Origin: Chloroflexota bacterium
GTDB taxonomy: Bacteria > Chloroflexota > Dehalococcoidia > Lucifugimonadales > GCA-2719675
Assembly (NCBI GenBank): GCA_002719675.1
Contig: PBID01000016.1
Span: 2,837-66,836, forward strand
Reading direction: 5' to 3'
DNA length: 64,000 bases
Numbering within the stretch: the first letter of the stretch is position 1; every line of letters starts with the position of its first letter. The notes below the pieces were generated by a model. That model was not told the origin of the DNA and ran no database searches. It worked only from the letters and a program-made list of their open reading frames with translations. Shown here one piece after another: positions 47,419 through 57,267 of this stretch. The position numbers were made by a program, and so were the translations under genes.

Positions 47419-48660
47419 TTAAAAAATCTGTTGAAATTTTTTTCTAAATTTGAATAAAGCAATGGCAAAAACTGTTAATGATATGCCTAATGAGGAATTT
47501 AAAATCAGTGAATATTGGGGGCTGAAAATTTCTGCAACTTGACCTACAAATAATGCTCCAAATGGACCACTTCCTATAGCTATAGTGATCAATCCCAAAC
47601 CTAGTCCTCTTTTATTGTAAGGTGTGTTGGTAAGTATAATTGTAGATTGCATTGATGCGAACCCAGCAGTACCTAATCCTATAAAGATTAATATCATACT
47701 TGATGTAATAAAATTTGTTGAAATAGCGAAACAAAAAACTCCTAAAAAAGAAATTAAACATCCAATGTAGTAAATTTTAAAGTGATTCGGTATTTTGGGC
47801 ATGGAACATATCAGTATTGTCCCAATCATTGCTCCTGCTCCTGGAGTTGACTGTAGAATTCCCATTAGATCAGGCCCTAGTTCCAGTGTGTTTTTTGCGA
47901 TTACTGGTAGAATGAAAGTATACGGGAACATCAAAAGATTCATTATTACAGTTAGAAATATTGTAGGGACAATAATAGGATAAGCTTTTAATAGATTTAT
48001 TATTTCTTTTGTTTGGATTTTAAGTAATTTTCCTTTAGAATTTTGATTGATTGCCGGAGTGGAGGGAATTAAATTAATTAAAAATATAGACACAATATAG
48101 AAAATACAAATAAGAAATAATCCACTACTTATTCCATATATTGAAATTAATATTCCAGCCAATGCAGGGCCAATGATAGTAGCTAAACTGATTCCTATAG
48201 AATCTAAGGCTATTCCGTTTGCTATTGGTTTATCGCCCATAAAGTCGTGTATCAATGATCTACGAGAAGGCATGTCGATAGACCAACTAATTCCTATTAT
48301 TGTGATAGAGATATATACATGCCAATATTCAATTGAATTTGTAATTATTTCAAGAAGGAGAATTAGAGAAGTGATTAGAGAAATTAGTGCTGTAAACAAA
48401 AGCATTTTTTTTCTGGGGAGTTGGTCGGCTAATTGACCACCAAAAATTCCAATAATAAATAAAGGAATTGTTCCAAAAAATGCTACTAATGAAACCAAGA
48501 ACGGTGAGTTTGTAATCTCTAACACTATCCAGTTTGAAACTATAAGTTGAGTCCATCTCGATTGATACGAAATCATATTTGAAAACCACAAAATTTTATA
48601 TTTTGGATTATTAAATGGAGAAATGAGATGTTTTGGTGAAAATTTTGGGAAATTTAACAT
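47419..48660 (-). CDS. MFS transporter (EntS/MFS_3-like)
   Basis: 12-TM protein with the MFS loop motif G..ADQLPRKK. Confidence 0.8.
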   Translation of the reverse strand: MLNFPKFSPKHLISPFNNPKYKILWFSNMISYQSRWTQLIVSNWIVLEITNSPFLVSLVAFFGTIPLFIIGIFGGQLADQLPRKKMLLFTALISLITSLILLLEIITNSIEYWHVYISITIIGISWSIDMPSRRSLIHDFMGDKPIANGIALDSIGISLATIIGPALAGILISIYGISSGLFLICIFYIVSIFLINLIPSTPAINQNSKGKLLKIQTKEIINLLKAYPIIVPTIFLTVIMNLLMFPYTFILPVIAKNTLELGPDLMGILQSTPGAGAMIGTILICSMPKIPNHFKIYYIGCLISFLGVFCFAISTNFITSSMILIFIGLGTAGFASMQSTIILTNTPYNKRGLGLGLITIAIGSGPFGALFVGQVAEIFSPQYSLILNSSLGISLTVFAIALFKFRKKFQQIF

Positions 48661-48753
48661 TTTTAATCAATATAAAGCAATTGAATTTTTTTCATAATTT
48701 TGTTCTTTCTGGAAGTCAGATAATTTAAACTGAATATATTTCGTTCGATTAGC

Positions 48754-48782
48754 TTGACAGTAGCTACTTCACATCATACTAT
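48754..48782 (+). promoter_or_regulatory. Candidate sigma70-type promoter of rny
   Basis: TTGACA (48754-48759), a 17-nt spacer, then TACTAT (48777-48782). This sits 45 nt upstream of the rny ATG, which has SD GGAAGGTGG. Confidence 0.45.
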
Positions 48783-48827
48783 TTATGCTATCACAAAGTA
48801 ATATGTGATTAGAAAGGAAGGTGGGAT

Positions 48828-50357
48828 ATGAATACTACGGTATTAATTGTACTCACTGCCCTTTCCGGTTTAATTATAGGAACACTTTTAACCATTCTGT
48901 ACAGAATGTTAATGAATCATAGGAGGAATGGTCTAGCTTTAGATAAGGCTTCAGAGATATTAAAGAGTGCTGAAGAAGAAAAACGTTTGATGGTTTTGGC
49001 TGCTCAAGAGGAAGTAATCAGTATTCGTTCTGAAATGGAAAATGAATTGAAGTCAAGAAGGTTAGATCTTCAACGATCTGAACAACGTTTGTCAAATAAG
49101 GAAGATAACGTTGATCGTCGTTCTAGCAATTTGGATCGTAAGGATAAGGAGATATCTAGAAGAGCTGAAGAAATTAGCTCTGTTGAAGAGAAAATTAAAG
49201 ATATTGAACAAAAGGCTTTGAATGATTTAGAGGAACTTTCAGGGCTTTCGGTTTCCGAAGCCAGCGATGCAATTATGGCCAGAACTGAAGAAATGATTCA
49301 GCATGATTTGGCGGTTAGGTATAAAGAGATTGAAGATAGAATCTCTGAAGAATCAAATGACAAAGCAATTGAAATGGTTTCAAGTGCGATTCAGAGGTTA
49401 GCTTCTGATGTTGTCTCTGAGCAAACTCTTACTACTGTTACATTGCCAAATGATGAAATGAAAGGTCGCTTAATAGGCCGAGAAGGGCGAAATATTCGTG
49501 CTATAGAAAAAGCAACTGGTGTTGATCTAATTATCGATGATACTCCAGAGTCTGTAACTTTAAGTTGTTTTGATCCTATCAGGAAAGAAGTAGCTAGGTT
49601 GTCTATTGGAAAATTAGTTTTAGATGGAAGGATTCAGCCAGCCAGGATAGAGGAAGTAGTTTTTAGGACTGAAAAAGATTTAATGGATAATATCAGAAAG
49701 ATGGGACAGGATACTATTCTTGATTTAGGTTTACGTGGAATCAATAGAGAATTGACAAGATTGATGGGCTCTTTGAATTATAGATATAGTTATGGTCAAA
49801 ACGTTTTGAAACATAGTATAGAAGTTGCTTATTTAGCTTCAACCCTGGCGCATGAAATTGGTGCTGATCCAGGCGTTTCAATGATGGGAGGGTTTCTCCA
49901 TGATATAGGAAAATCTTTATCTCATGAAATTCAAGGCCCACATGCTCAAATTGGTGCAGATATTGCAGGGAAAAATAGAATAGGACAAAGTGTTTGTGCA
50001 TGTATTAGGGAACATCATGATGATGAACATTCTACAGCGGAATCATTCTTAGTGGCTGCTGCTGATGCTATCAGTGCAGCAAGACCTGGTTCAAGAAGAG
50101 ATACAGTTGAAAATTATGTTCAGAGGATGGAAGCTCTTGAGGCTATTGGATCTGGATTTGATGGAGTAGAAAAATGTTTTGCAGTTCAGGCAGGTAGGGA
50201 AATTAGAGTAATGGTAGAGCCTGAAAAAATTGATGATGCTGAAGCTGCAGTTTTGGCTAGTGAAATAGTTAAGGAGATTGAAGAAAAGTTAGCTTATCCT
50301 GGCCAAATCAAAGTAACAGTGGTACGTGAAAAAAGGTCAGTTGAAATTGCTAGCTGA
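48828..50357 (+). CDS. rny: Ribonuclease Y
   Basis: N-terminal TM, coiled coil, KH domain (GRLIGREGRNIRAIEKATGVDLIIDDTPE) and HD domain (..FLHDIGK..). Confidence 0.95.
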   Translation: MNTTVLIVLTALSGLIIGTLLTILYRMLMNHRRNGLALDKASEILKSAEEEKRLMVLAAQEEVISIRSEMENELKSRRLDLQRSEQRLSNKEDNVDRRSSNLDRKDKEISRRAEEISSVEEKIKDIEQKALNDLEELSGLSVSEASDAIMARTEEMIQHDLAVRYKEIEDRISEESNDKAIEMVSSAIQRLASDVVSEQTLTTVTLPNDEMKGRLIGREGRNIRAIEKATGVDLIIDDTPESVTLSCFDPIRKEVARLSIGKLVLDGRIQPARIEEVVFRTEKDLMDNIRKMGQDTILDLGLRGINRELTRLMGSLNYRYSYGQNVLKHSIEVAYLASTLAHEIGADPGVSMMGGFLHDIGKSLSHEIQGPHAQIGADIAGKNRIGQSVCACIREHHDDEHSTAESFLVAAADAISAARPGSRRDTVENYVQRMEALEAIGSGFDGVEKCFAVQAGREIRVMVEPEKIDDAEAAVLASEIVKEIEEKLAYPGQIKVTVVREKRSVEIAS

Positions 50358-50415
50358 TTAGATTTTAAATCTAATCAGTAAATTTAAGTAGAATTTTTTT
50401 ATTGGGAGTTTAATT

Positions 50416-51183
50416 TTGCGGGTATTGATGATTGGAGATATGGTTGGAAGAAACGGAAGGGATGCTGTCAAACAATTTCTTTCAAGCAAAAGAAAATCTT
50501 TAAATATTGATTTAGTGATTGCTAATGGTGAAAATTCAGCTGGTGGCTTTGGTATTACTCAAAGTATTACTCGCGAATTGCAATTAACGGGAGTGGATGT
50601 AATTACTTCAGGGAACCATATTTGGGATCAAAAAGAGATATTAGGTTTTATAGAAAAAGAACCTAGGTTACTTAGGCCTGCAAATTATCCTGAAACAGCG
50701 CCAGGGAATGGGTGGGTTGATTTGGGAGATATTGTAATAATCAACTTGATCGGCAGGCTTTTTGTAGGTGAATTTGATTGTCCTTTTAAGATTTCAGAAG
50801 AAATCATTTCTAAATTATCTACAAAAAAGATTTTGATTGATTTTCACGCAGAAGCAACATCAGAAAAAGCTGCTCTTGCACATTTTTTAGATGGGAAAGT
50901 TACTGCTGTAGTAGGAACTCATACTCATGTTCCTACTGCTGACGATTGTATATTGCCTAAAGGAACTGCATTTGTTTCTGACCTTGGTATGGTAGGTGCT
51001 TTAAATTCTGTTATTGGATTTGACCCTGATCCTGCTATTTTTAAATTCAGAAATCAAATGCCAACCAGAATGAAAGTAAAACAATCTTCGCTAGTACAAT
51101 TCAATAGTGTTTTAATAGATATTGATGATATTTCAGGGAAGGCAATTTCTATTTCTAGAATCGATGAGATAATAGAATTATGA
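50416..51183 (+). CDS. ymdB: YmdB-type metallophosphoesterase (2',3'-cyclic-nucleotide phosphodiesterase family, TIGR00282)
   Basis: MRVLMIGDMVG, ANGENSAGGFG and GNHIWD motifs. TTG start after SD GGGAG. This is the conserved rny-ymdB pairing. Confidence 0.9.
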   Translation: MRVLMIGDMVGRNGRDAVKQFLSSKRKSLNIDLVIANGENSAGGFGITQSITRELQLTGVDVITSGNHIWDQKEILGFIEKEPRLLRPANYPETAPGNGWVDLGDIVIINLIGRLFVGEFDCPFKISEEIISKLSTKKILIDFHAEATSEKAALAHFLDGKVTAVVGTHTHVPTADDCILPKGTAFVSDLGMVGALNSVIGFDPDPAIFKFRNQMPTRMKVKQSSLVQFNSVLIDIDDISGKAISISRIDEIIEL

Positions 51184-52022
51184 GTTATGAAATTGCCGTA
51201 GATTTACATTTACATACCTCTTATTCAGATGGTGTTTTAAGTCCTAAAGATCTTGTAAACTTATGTTATAAAAATGGGTTAAAACATATTTCTGTTACAG
51301 ATCACGATTGCACTGATGGAATTCAAGAATCAATTGAAATTGCCAAACACATTGATGGCCTTGAAGTAATTCCAGGTATTGAATTAAGTAGTCAAAATGA
51401 GATGCATATTCTTGGTTATTATATAGATTTTCAAGATATGCGATTACAAAAAATTTTATCTGAATTTAAAAATGACAGAGTTTCTAGAACTCAGGAAACA
51501 ATCTCTGTTCTCAAAAAACTTGGAATTAATATCGATTGGAACGTAGTTAAATCTTTTGCTGGAGAGGGCACTGTAGGGAGGCCTCATATTGCTAAAGCAA
51601 TGATTTCTGGAGGATATGTAAAATCTTTTGAAGAAGCTTTTGATACTTATTTAGGAAAAGATGGTTTAGCTTACACTGGTAAGGTTAAAATGACTCCTAA
51701 AGAAGCAATTGAATTAATTGATTCGGTAGGGGGAGTTTCAGCACTTGCACATCCTACATTTTGCATGCAAGGAGATGATGAGGAATCAATTAGAATATTT
51801 GATGAAACATTGATGGAACTTAAGTTATATGGCTTGAAAGGATTAGAAGTCTACTATAAAAATTATTCACTTGAGCAAGTTTCAATGTTGAAAAGATTAG
51901 CAGAAAAGAACAACCTTATATGTACCGGAGGTTCTGATTATCATGGAAATGGAGCAGCTGACGAAGTTTTACCTGGGCTAGTTGGTCCTCCAGTTGAAGA
52001 TTTTTTATTATTGGGAAATTGA
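51180..52022 (+). CDS. PHP-domain phosphoesterase (TrpH/YciV-like)
   Basis: VDLHLHTSYSDG, SVTDHD and later His motifs (ALAHP, GGSDYHG). ATGA overlap with the ymdB stop. Confidence 0.8.
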   Translation: MSYEIAVDLHLHTSYSDGVLSPKDLVNLCYKNGLKHISVTDHDCTDGIQESIEIAKHIDGLEVIPGIELSSQNEMHILGYYIDFQDMRLQKILSEFKNDRVSRTQETISVLKKLGINIDWNVVKSFAGEGTVGRPHIAKAMISGGYVKSFEEAFDTYLGKDGLAYTGKVKMTPKEAIELIDSVGGVSALAHPTFCMQGDDEESIRIFDETLMELKLYGLKGLEVYYKNYSLEQVSMLKRLAEKNNLICTGGSDYHGNGAADEVLPGLVGPPVEDFLLLGN

Positions 52023-52046
52023 CATCACATTTTTCAGAATTTTTTG

Positions 52047-52748
52047 ATGGAAAGTATTTATATTTTATTTGCTTATATGTTCGGTAGTATTCCTACCGCA
52101 TATATTCTTGCTAAACATTTTGCTGGGTTGAATATTTTATCTGTAGGTTCAGGAAATTCAGGAGCTACAAATTTGATGTTTCAAACCAATTTCTTTGTTG
52201 GTATTTTAGGAGGGTCTGTTGATTTTTTTATTAAAGGGTTTTTACTAATATTCTTAGCCAAAAATTTTTTCCCAAATCAGGATTTAATCCATTATATTGT
52301 TGGAATTTCTTTGCTGGCAGGGCATAACTGGTCTCCATACATAAAATTTAGAGGAGGTAGGGGTATAGCAATTTTTATGGGGATTTTGTTGGGTTTGGGA
52401 TGGTTGGAATTCGTTTTATTTTTAGTTTTTCTTCAAGGCTTGAATTGTTTATTATCTTTTTCCATTAGTAAAAATTTATTTGAACCTTCTGTATGGATAA
52501 TAATTTGGTTTATCTATTTATTATCGAGTGTTTTATTAGGTGACTATGGAACTTATCCCATATTGTTCATTTCAATATCATTTTTTTTAATTATCATAAA
52601 AAGACTTTTAGCTAATTTTGAACAATTAAATAGGGATCAATCTTATTTCAAGGTTTTAATTTTTCGATTATTATTAGATCGAGATATTTTGAAAAAGAAT
52701 CTTTGGTTAGATAGGAAGAATTTTATCAATGATAAAGAAGTTTTTTGA
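52047..52748 (+). CDS. plsY: Glycerol-3-phosphate acyltransferase PlsY, with a longer than usual C-terminal tail
   Basis: Motifs FGSIPTAY, GSGNSGATN and GHNWSPYIKFRGGRGIA. The ORF track starts at TTG 52044 and the ATG is at 52047. Confidence 0.8.
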   Translation: MESIYILFAYMFGSIPTAYILAKHFAGLNILSVGSGNSGATNLMFQTNFFVGILGGSVDFFIKGFLLIFLAKNFFPNQDLIHYIVGISLLAGHNWSPYIKFRGGRGIAIFMGILLGLGWLEFVLFLVFLQGLNCLLSFSISKNLFEPSVWIIIWFIYLLSSVLLGDYGTYPILFISISFFLIIIKRLLANFEQLNRDQSYFKVLIFRLLLDRDILKKNLWLDRKNFINDKEVF

Positions 52749-53214
52749 TAGATCAAAATGTAATTCGAAACACAGCAATGCTAACATTTTTTGTGTTAGA
52801 TGTAGTATTCCTGTTTGCCCCAAATGTATTGTTCATTCTCCGGTAGGAGTTAGATGTATTTCTTGCGGGAAATCTTCTTTATCTGTGTTGAATAAAATGT
52901 CTATTGGTTTGTTTTTGAAAACCTTATTTATTTCGGTTTTTTCAGGGTTGCTAATAGGTTATGTATTATTAATTATGTCGGATATATATTTATATTGGAT
53001 ACATTGGATTGGTGTACTTTTTGCAGCATATGCAATATCTGAAATTGTTTATAAAATCTCAGAGTATAAAAGAGGTTTTAAAGTTCAGTTAATTGGGTCT
53101 TTGGGATTGGGAGTTTGTATTTGTGTCCAATTATTTTTTTCTGGTTATTTTAGTGTGTTTACATTAATAGTCGGGGGAATATCATTTTATTTAATTATGT
53201 TGAAATTAAGATAG
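52729..53214 (+). CDS. Membrane protein with N-terminal B-box-like zinc ribbon
   Basis: Cys/His cluster CNSKHSNANIFCVRCSIPVCPKCIVHSPVGVRCISC, followed by 3-4 TM segments. Overlaps the plsY end by 20 nt. Confidence 0.6.
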   Translation: MIKKFFDRSKCNSKHSNANIFCVRCSIPVCPKCIVHSPVGVRCISCGKSSLSVLNKMSIGLFLKTLFISVFSGLLIGYVLLIMSDIYLYWIHWIGVLFAAYAISEIVYKISEYKRGFKVQLIGSLGLGVCICVQLFFSGYFSVFTLIVGGISFYLIMLKLR

Positions 53215-53310
53215 TTTATACGAATTATTTTTTCCTAAAATTACATCTTTTTGTTTCAAAGTTCTTGAAGTAGTAGTATGATTATATTCAAATAACTTTT
53301 GGAGAGATGT

Positions 53311-53748
53311 ATGGATTCTTTAGATTTAAAAATTGTTAAAATTTTACAGTCCAATGGCAGGGCTCCTAATGCAACTATTGCTAGAGAATGTGAAGTGAGC
53401 GAGGGAACGATAAGAAGGAGATTAAAGCACCTTATTGATTCAGAGGTAATCCATATTTCTGCTGTTCCAGATCCAGCTAAAATGGGATTAGAAGCAGAAG
53501 CGTTGGTTGGCGTTCAAGTTGATCCAGATAAAATCACTTCTGTAGCATCTAGTTTGTCAAGTTTAGATGAAGTTAGTTGGGTTGCCAATACGACAGGAAC
53601 TTTTGATATTTTTGTTTGGGTAGTTTTGGATACTTCGGAGGCTCTTGGGGCCTTTCTTAGAAGTAAAATTGGTTTAATTCCAGGTATTAGAAGGACAGAA
53701 ACTTTTGTGAAATTGACAAAAATGTCTGATCATGGGATCACTATTTGA
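53311..53748 (+). CDS. Lrp/AsnC-family transcriptional regulator (HTH plus RAM domain)
   Basis: HTH LDLKIVKILQSNGRAPNATIARECEVSEGTIRRRLKHL plus a RAM domain. ATG 53311 follows GGAGAG. The ORF track begins at TTG 53299. Confidence 0.85.
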   Translation: MDSLDLKIVKILQSNGRAPNATIARECEVSEGTIRRRLKHLIDSEVIHISAVPDPAKMGLEAEALVGVQVDPDKITSVASSLSSLDEVSWVANTTGTFDIFVWVVLDTSEALGAFLRSKIGLIPGIRRTETFVKLTKMSDHGITI

Positions 53749-53766
53749 TACATTTTTATTTTTTTA

Positions 53767-55596
53767 ATGGGGGAAAAATTGTTAAAAGATCATACTTGTG
53801 GAGAATTGGATATCTCACAAGTTGGAAAGCTTGTTAAATTATCTGGATGGGTAGCCAAAAGACGTGATCACGGGGGTTTGATTTTTATAGATTTAAGAGA
53901 TAGTACAGGACTTGTACAAATTGTGTTTGACCCTGAAATTTCAGTAGATTCTCATAAACTAGCTAATCAATTAAGACCTGAGTGGGTAATTTCAGTTTCA
54001 GGAGAAGTTAGATTAAGGCCAGAAGGAACTGAAAATTTGAATTTGGCTTCCGGACAGGTGGAAATTAAAATCAGTGAAATTGAAGTTTTTAATGAGTCTA
54101 AGACACCACCATTTTATATCAATGATGAGTCTGATAATGTAGATGAATTATTACGAATGAAGTATAGGTACCTAGATTTACGCCGTTCAAAGATGTTTTC
54201 TATTTTGAAACTTCGTCATAAAATTGTTCGTTATATACGCCGTTTTCTTAATGATAAAGATTTTTTAGAAATTGAAACACCTATCTTAATTAAAAGTACT
54301 CCTGAAGGAGCACGTGATTATGTTGTTCCAAGTAGGCTTTATCCGGGTAATTTTTATGCCTTGCCACAATCTCCTCAACAACTTAAGCAGCTTTTGATGG
54401 TTGCTGGGGTTGAAAAATATTTTCAAATTGCACGTTGTTTTAGAGATGAAGATCCAAGATCTGACAGACAGCCTGAATTTACTCAACTTGATTTAGAAAT
54501 GAGCTTTGTAGAACAAGATGATATTTTAAGTTTAGTTGAAGATTTATATTCTGGTTTAGTTAGAGAATTATTACCGGATAAAGAAATTGTTTTTCCTTTT
54601 CCTAGATTAACTTATCAAGAAGCTATTGATTTTTATGGGAGTGATAAACCAGACACTCGCTTCGGCTTATTAATGACTGAAATTTCTGATGTCGCAAAAC
54701 AATCTAAGTTTGTAGTTTTCAGTTCGGCTGTTGAGGAAGGTGGAATTGTAAAAGGATTTGTAGTTCCAAATGGTTCGAGTTTTTCTAGAAAAAAAATAGA
54801 TAAATTAACTGATTTAGCGAAAATGAATGGCGCGAAAGGTTTAGTATATTTTTCTATATCTGACTCAATAAAATCTATCGATGACTTAGATGAATCACAC
54901 GTTAAGTCTCCAGCTAAAAAATTTTTTAATGAAATAGAATTAAAGAATCTATTTAAAAAATTTCATGCTCAACCTGGAGATTTACTTCTTTTGGTAGCAG
55001 GTAATAAAAAGATTGTTAACAATTCTTTAAGTGAATTGAGGTTAAATCTAGGAAAAGAATTAGATTTAATGGATCCTGCGAAATTGAATTTTTGCTTTGT
55101 TGTTGATTTTCCTTTGTTTGAATGGGATGAAAATGAAGAAAGATGGAATTCTATGCATCATCCATTTACTTCGCCAGCTGGTGAAGTAGGCAATTTATCT
55201 GATTTTCCTCCAGATCAAATTAAGTCTACAGGTTATGACTTAGTTTGTAACGGACTTGAAATTGCTGGAGGAAGTATTAGAATCCATGATAGAAGATTAC
55301 AAGAGGAAATCTTTGAAATTTTAGGACATTCTTTAGAAGATATACGATCTCGTTTTGGGCATTTATTAGAAGCCTTTGAATTTGGAGCTCCTCCTCATGG
55401 AGGAATTGCTGGAGGTATTGAAAGGCTTGTGATGTTACTTGCTGGAACCGAAAACATTAGAGATGTTATAGCTTTTCCCAAAACCCAAAGTTTTTCAGAT
55501 CCTTTGTTTGAATCACCATCTGAAATTGATAGTGATCAACTGAATGAGTTAGGTATTATTATTCAAGAAAATAGAAAAAATTCTGAGGAGATTTAA
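53767..55596 (+). CDS. aspS: Aspartyl-tRNA synthetase, bacterial type
   Basis: OB anticodon-binding domain, class II motif 2 (FRDEDPRSDRQPEFTQLD), the bacterial insertion domain, and motif 3 (GGIAGGIERLVMLL). Confidence 0.95.
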   Translation: MGEKLLKDHTCGELDISQVGKLVKLSGWVAKRRDHGGLIFIDLRDSTGLVQIVFDPEISVDSHKLANQLRPEWVISVSGEVRLRPEGTENLNLASGQVEIKISEIEVFNESKTPPFYINDESDNVDELLRMKYRYLDLRRSKMFSILKLRHKIVRYIRRFLNDKDFLEIETPILIKSTPEGARDYVVPSRLYPGNFYALPQSPQQLKQLLMVAGVEKYFQIARCFRDEDPRSDRQPEFTQLDLEMSFVEQDDILSLVEDLYSGLVRELLPDKEIVFPFPRLTYQEAIDFYGSDKPDTRFGLLMTEISDVAKQSKFVVFSSAVEEGGIVKGFVVPNGSSFSRKKIDKLTDLAKMNGAKGLVYFSISDSIKSIDDLDESHVKSPAKKFFNEIELKNLFKKFHAQPGDLLLLVAGNKKIVNNSLSELRLNLGKELDLMDPAKLNFCFVVDFPLFEWDENEERWNSMHHPFTSPAGEVGNLSDFPPDQIKSTGYDLVCNGLEIAGGSIRIHDRRLQEEIFEILGHSLEDIRSRFGHLLEAFEFGAPPHGGIAGGIERLVMLLAGTENIRDVIAFPKTQSFSDPLFESPSEIDSDQLNELGIIIQENRKNSEEI

Positions 55597-57243
55597 ATGT
55601 TTGATGTTTTAATACGTGGTGGTTCTATAGTAGATGGAACAGGCAAATCAGCTTACAAAGGAGATATAGGGATAAAAGGTGATAAGATTATCGAAATTGG
55701 AGATCTTTCTTTAGCTGAAAGTAAAGAATTTATTGACGCTGAAGGGATGGTTGTTTCTCCTGGGTTTATAGATACACATGTTCATTCTGATGCTGTATTA
55801 CTTACTAATCCTCAACATCCTCAAGGACTAATGCAAGGGATCACTACTGAAATTTTAGGTCAAGATGGTCTTTCCTATGCACCTTTGTCAAAGAAGAATT
55901 TTTTAGAATATAGTAGATATTTGAAGGGTATTTTGGGTTCTCCACCCGAAGATATGAAGACTGCTTCAGTGGCAGAGTTTAGAAGCAATTATCATAAGAA
56001 AACAGCTATAAATACTGCATATTTGATTGCACATGGAGCTCTTCATTTAGAAGTATTAGGATTTCAAGATCGTAGAATGTCCGGAGATTTAATGTCTAGG
56101 GCAAAAGATTTAATCAGAGAGGGCATGGAACAAGGTGCTGTAGGCTTTGCCACTGGTCTTACTTATCATCCTCATGCTTGGAGTTATACCGAAGAGATTG
56201 TTGAATTATGTAAAGTTGTCAGTGAATTTGGAGGGGTTTATGTGACGCATCTTAGAGATGTGAATACAGATCGAGCAATTGGAGGTGGTGGAATTCCTGA
56301 AGCACTTGCTGTTGGTCAACTTTCATCTGTTAAAGTTCATTTTTCACATCATCGAACAGCAGAAAAAACTGCTGGAAAAGTCAATGCAAGAATGAGTTTG
56401 ATTGATCAAGCTAAATCAGAAGGAGTCGATGTTACTGGAGATTTATATCCATATCCAACAGGATCAACTTTTCCAATGGCATCTATGCCTAGTTATGTAC
56501 ACCAAGGAGGAACTCAAGCTATTCTGGACGTATTATCTGACAAAGATGGTTTTAAACAAATGTCTGATTATTTCAATGAGAGTAATCGTTTGAGTAAAAT
56601 TTTACCGGACCCAGAGTCTGAAAAAGCTAGCTTACAAAAACCTAGAGATCATACGTTAGATCTTGATGATACCATTTTAACATTTGTCCCAGGAAATCCT
56701 GAATATGAAGGTGTGCCAGTTAAAGAAGCTGCAGAAAATATGGGGATGAGTATGGGTGAAGCTATGTGCAAATTGTTATTGGATTCTGAACTTTGTATTG
56801 GATTTTGGGGGACACCGCCAGACAATGTTCAAGTTTGGGATCAATTAGGAAAAGATTTTATAGAAATTTTGTCTAGGGACGATTTTATGGTGGGAAGTGA
56901 TTCAATACACTTAGGTAAATTTAGACATCCTAGAGGTCATGGTACATTTCCAAGATTCTTAGGAAGGCTACGAAGAAAATATGATTTAATAAGTCTTGAA
57001 AAGATTGTGAATAGAGTTACAGGAACTCCTGCTGACCGGTTTGGGCTCACTAAACGAGGATATTTGAAGACAGGTTTTTTTGCTGATGTGGTTGTTTTTA
57101 ATCCTGAAACTTTGATTGATACTGCAACATATGATGATCCAATTCAATATCCTATAGGTATTTCGCATGTTTTGGTTAATGGAACAATTGCAGTTTCAGA
57201 ATCAAAATGCACTGGCAAACTAAATGGATATTCAATTCCGTAA
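55597..57243 (+). CDS. N-acyl-D-amino-acid deacylase family amidohydrolase (D-aminoacylase-like)
   Basis: DVLIRGGSIVDGTG...GDKIIEIG...PGFIDTHVHSD and the overall D-aminoacylase length and pattern. The ATG begins the nucleotide after the aspS TAA. Confidence 0.85.
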   Translation: MFDVLIRGGSIVDGTGKSAYKGDIGIKGDKIIEIGDLSLAESKEFIDAEGMVVSPGFIDTHVHSDAVLLTNPQHPQGLMQGITTEILGQDGLSYAPLSKKNFLEYSRYLKGILGSPPEDMKTASVAEFRSNYHKKTAINTAYLIAHGALHLEVLGFQDRRMSGDLMSRAKDLIREGMEQGAVGFATGLTYHPHAWSYTEEIVELCKVVSEFGGVYVTHLRDVNTDRAIGGGGIPEALAVGQLSSVKVHFSHHRTAEKTAGKVNARMSLIDQAKSEGVDVTGDLYPYPTGSTFPMASMPSYVHQGGTQAILDVLSDKDGFKQMSDYFNESNRLSKILPDPESEKASLQKPRDHTLDLDDTILTFVPGNPEYEGVPVKEAAENMGMSMGEAMCKLLLDSELCIGFWGTPPDNVQVWDQLGKDFIEILSRDDFMVGSDSIHLGKFRHPRGHGTFPRFLGRLRRKYDLISLEKIVNRVTGTPADRFGLTKRGYLKTGFFADVVVFNPETLIDTATYDDPIQYPIGISHVLVNGTIAVSESKCTGKLNGYSIP

Positions 57244-57267
57244 TTGTTGTTGATATAGGAGTTTTAG

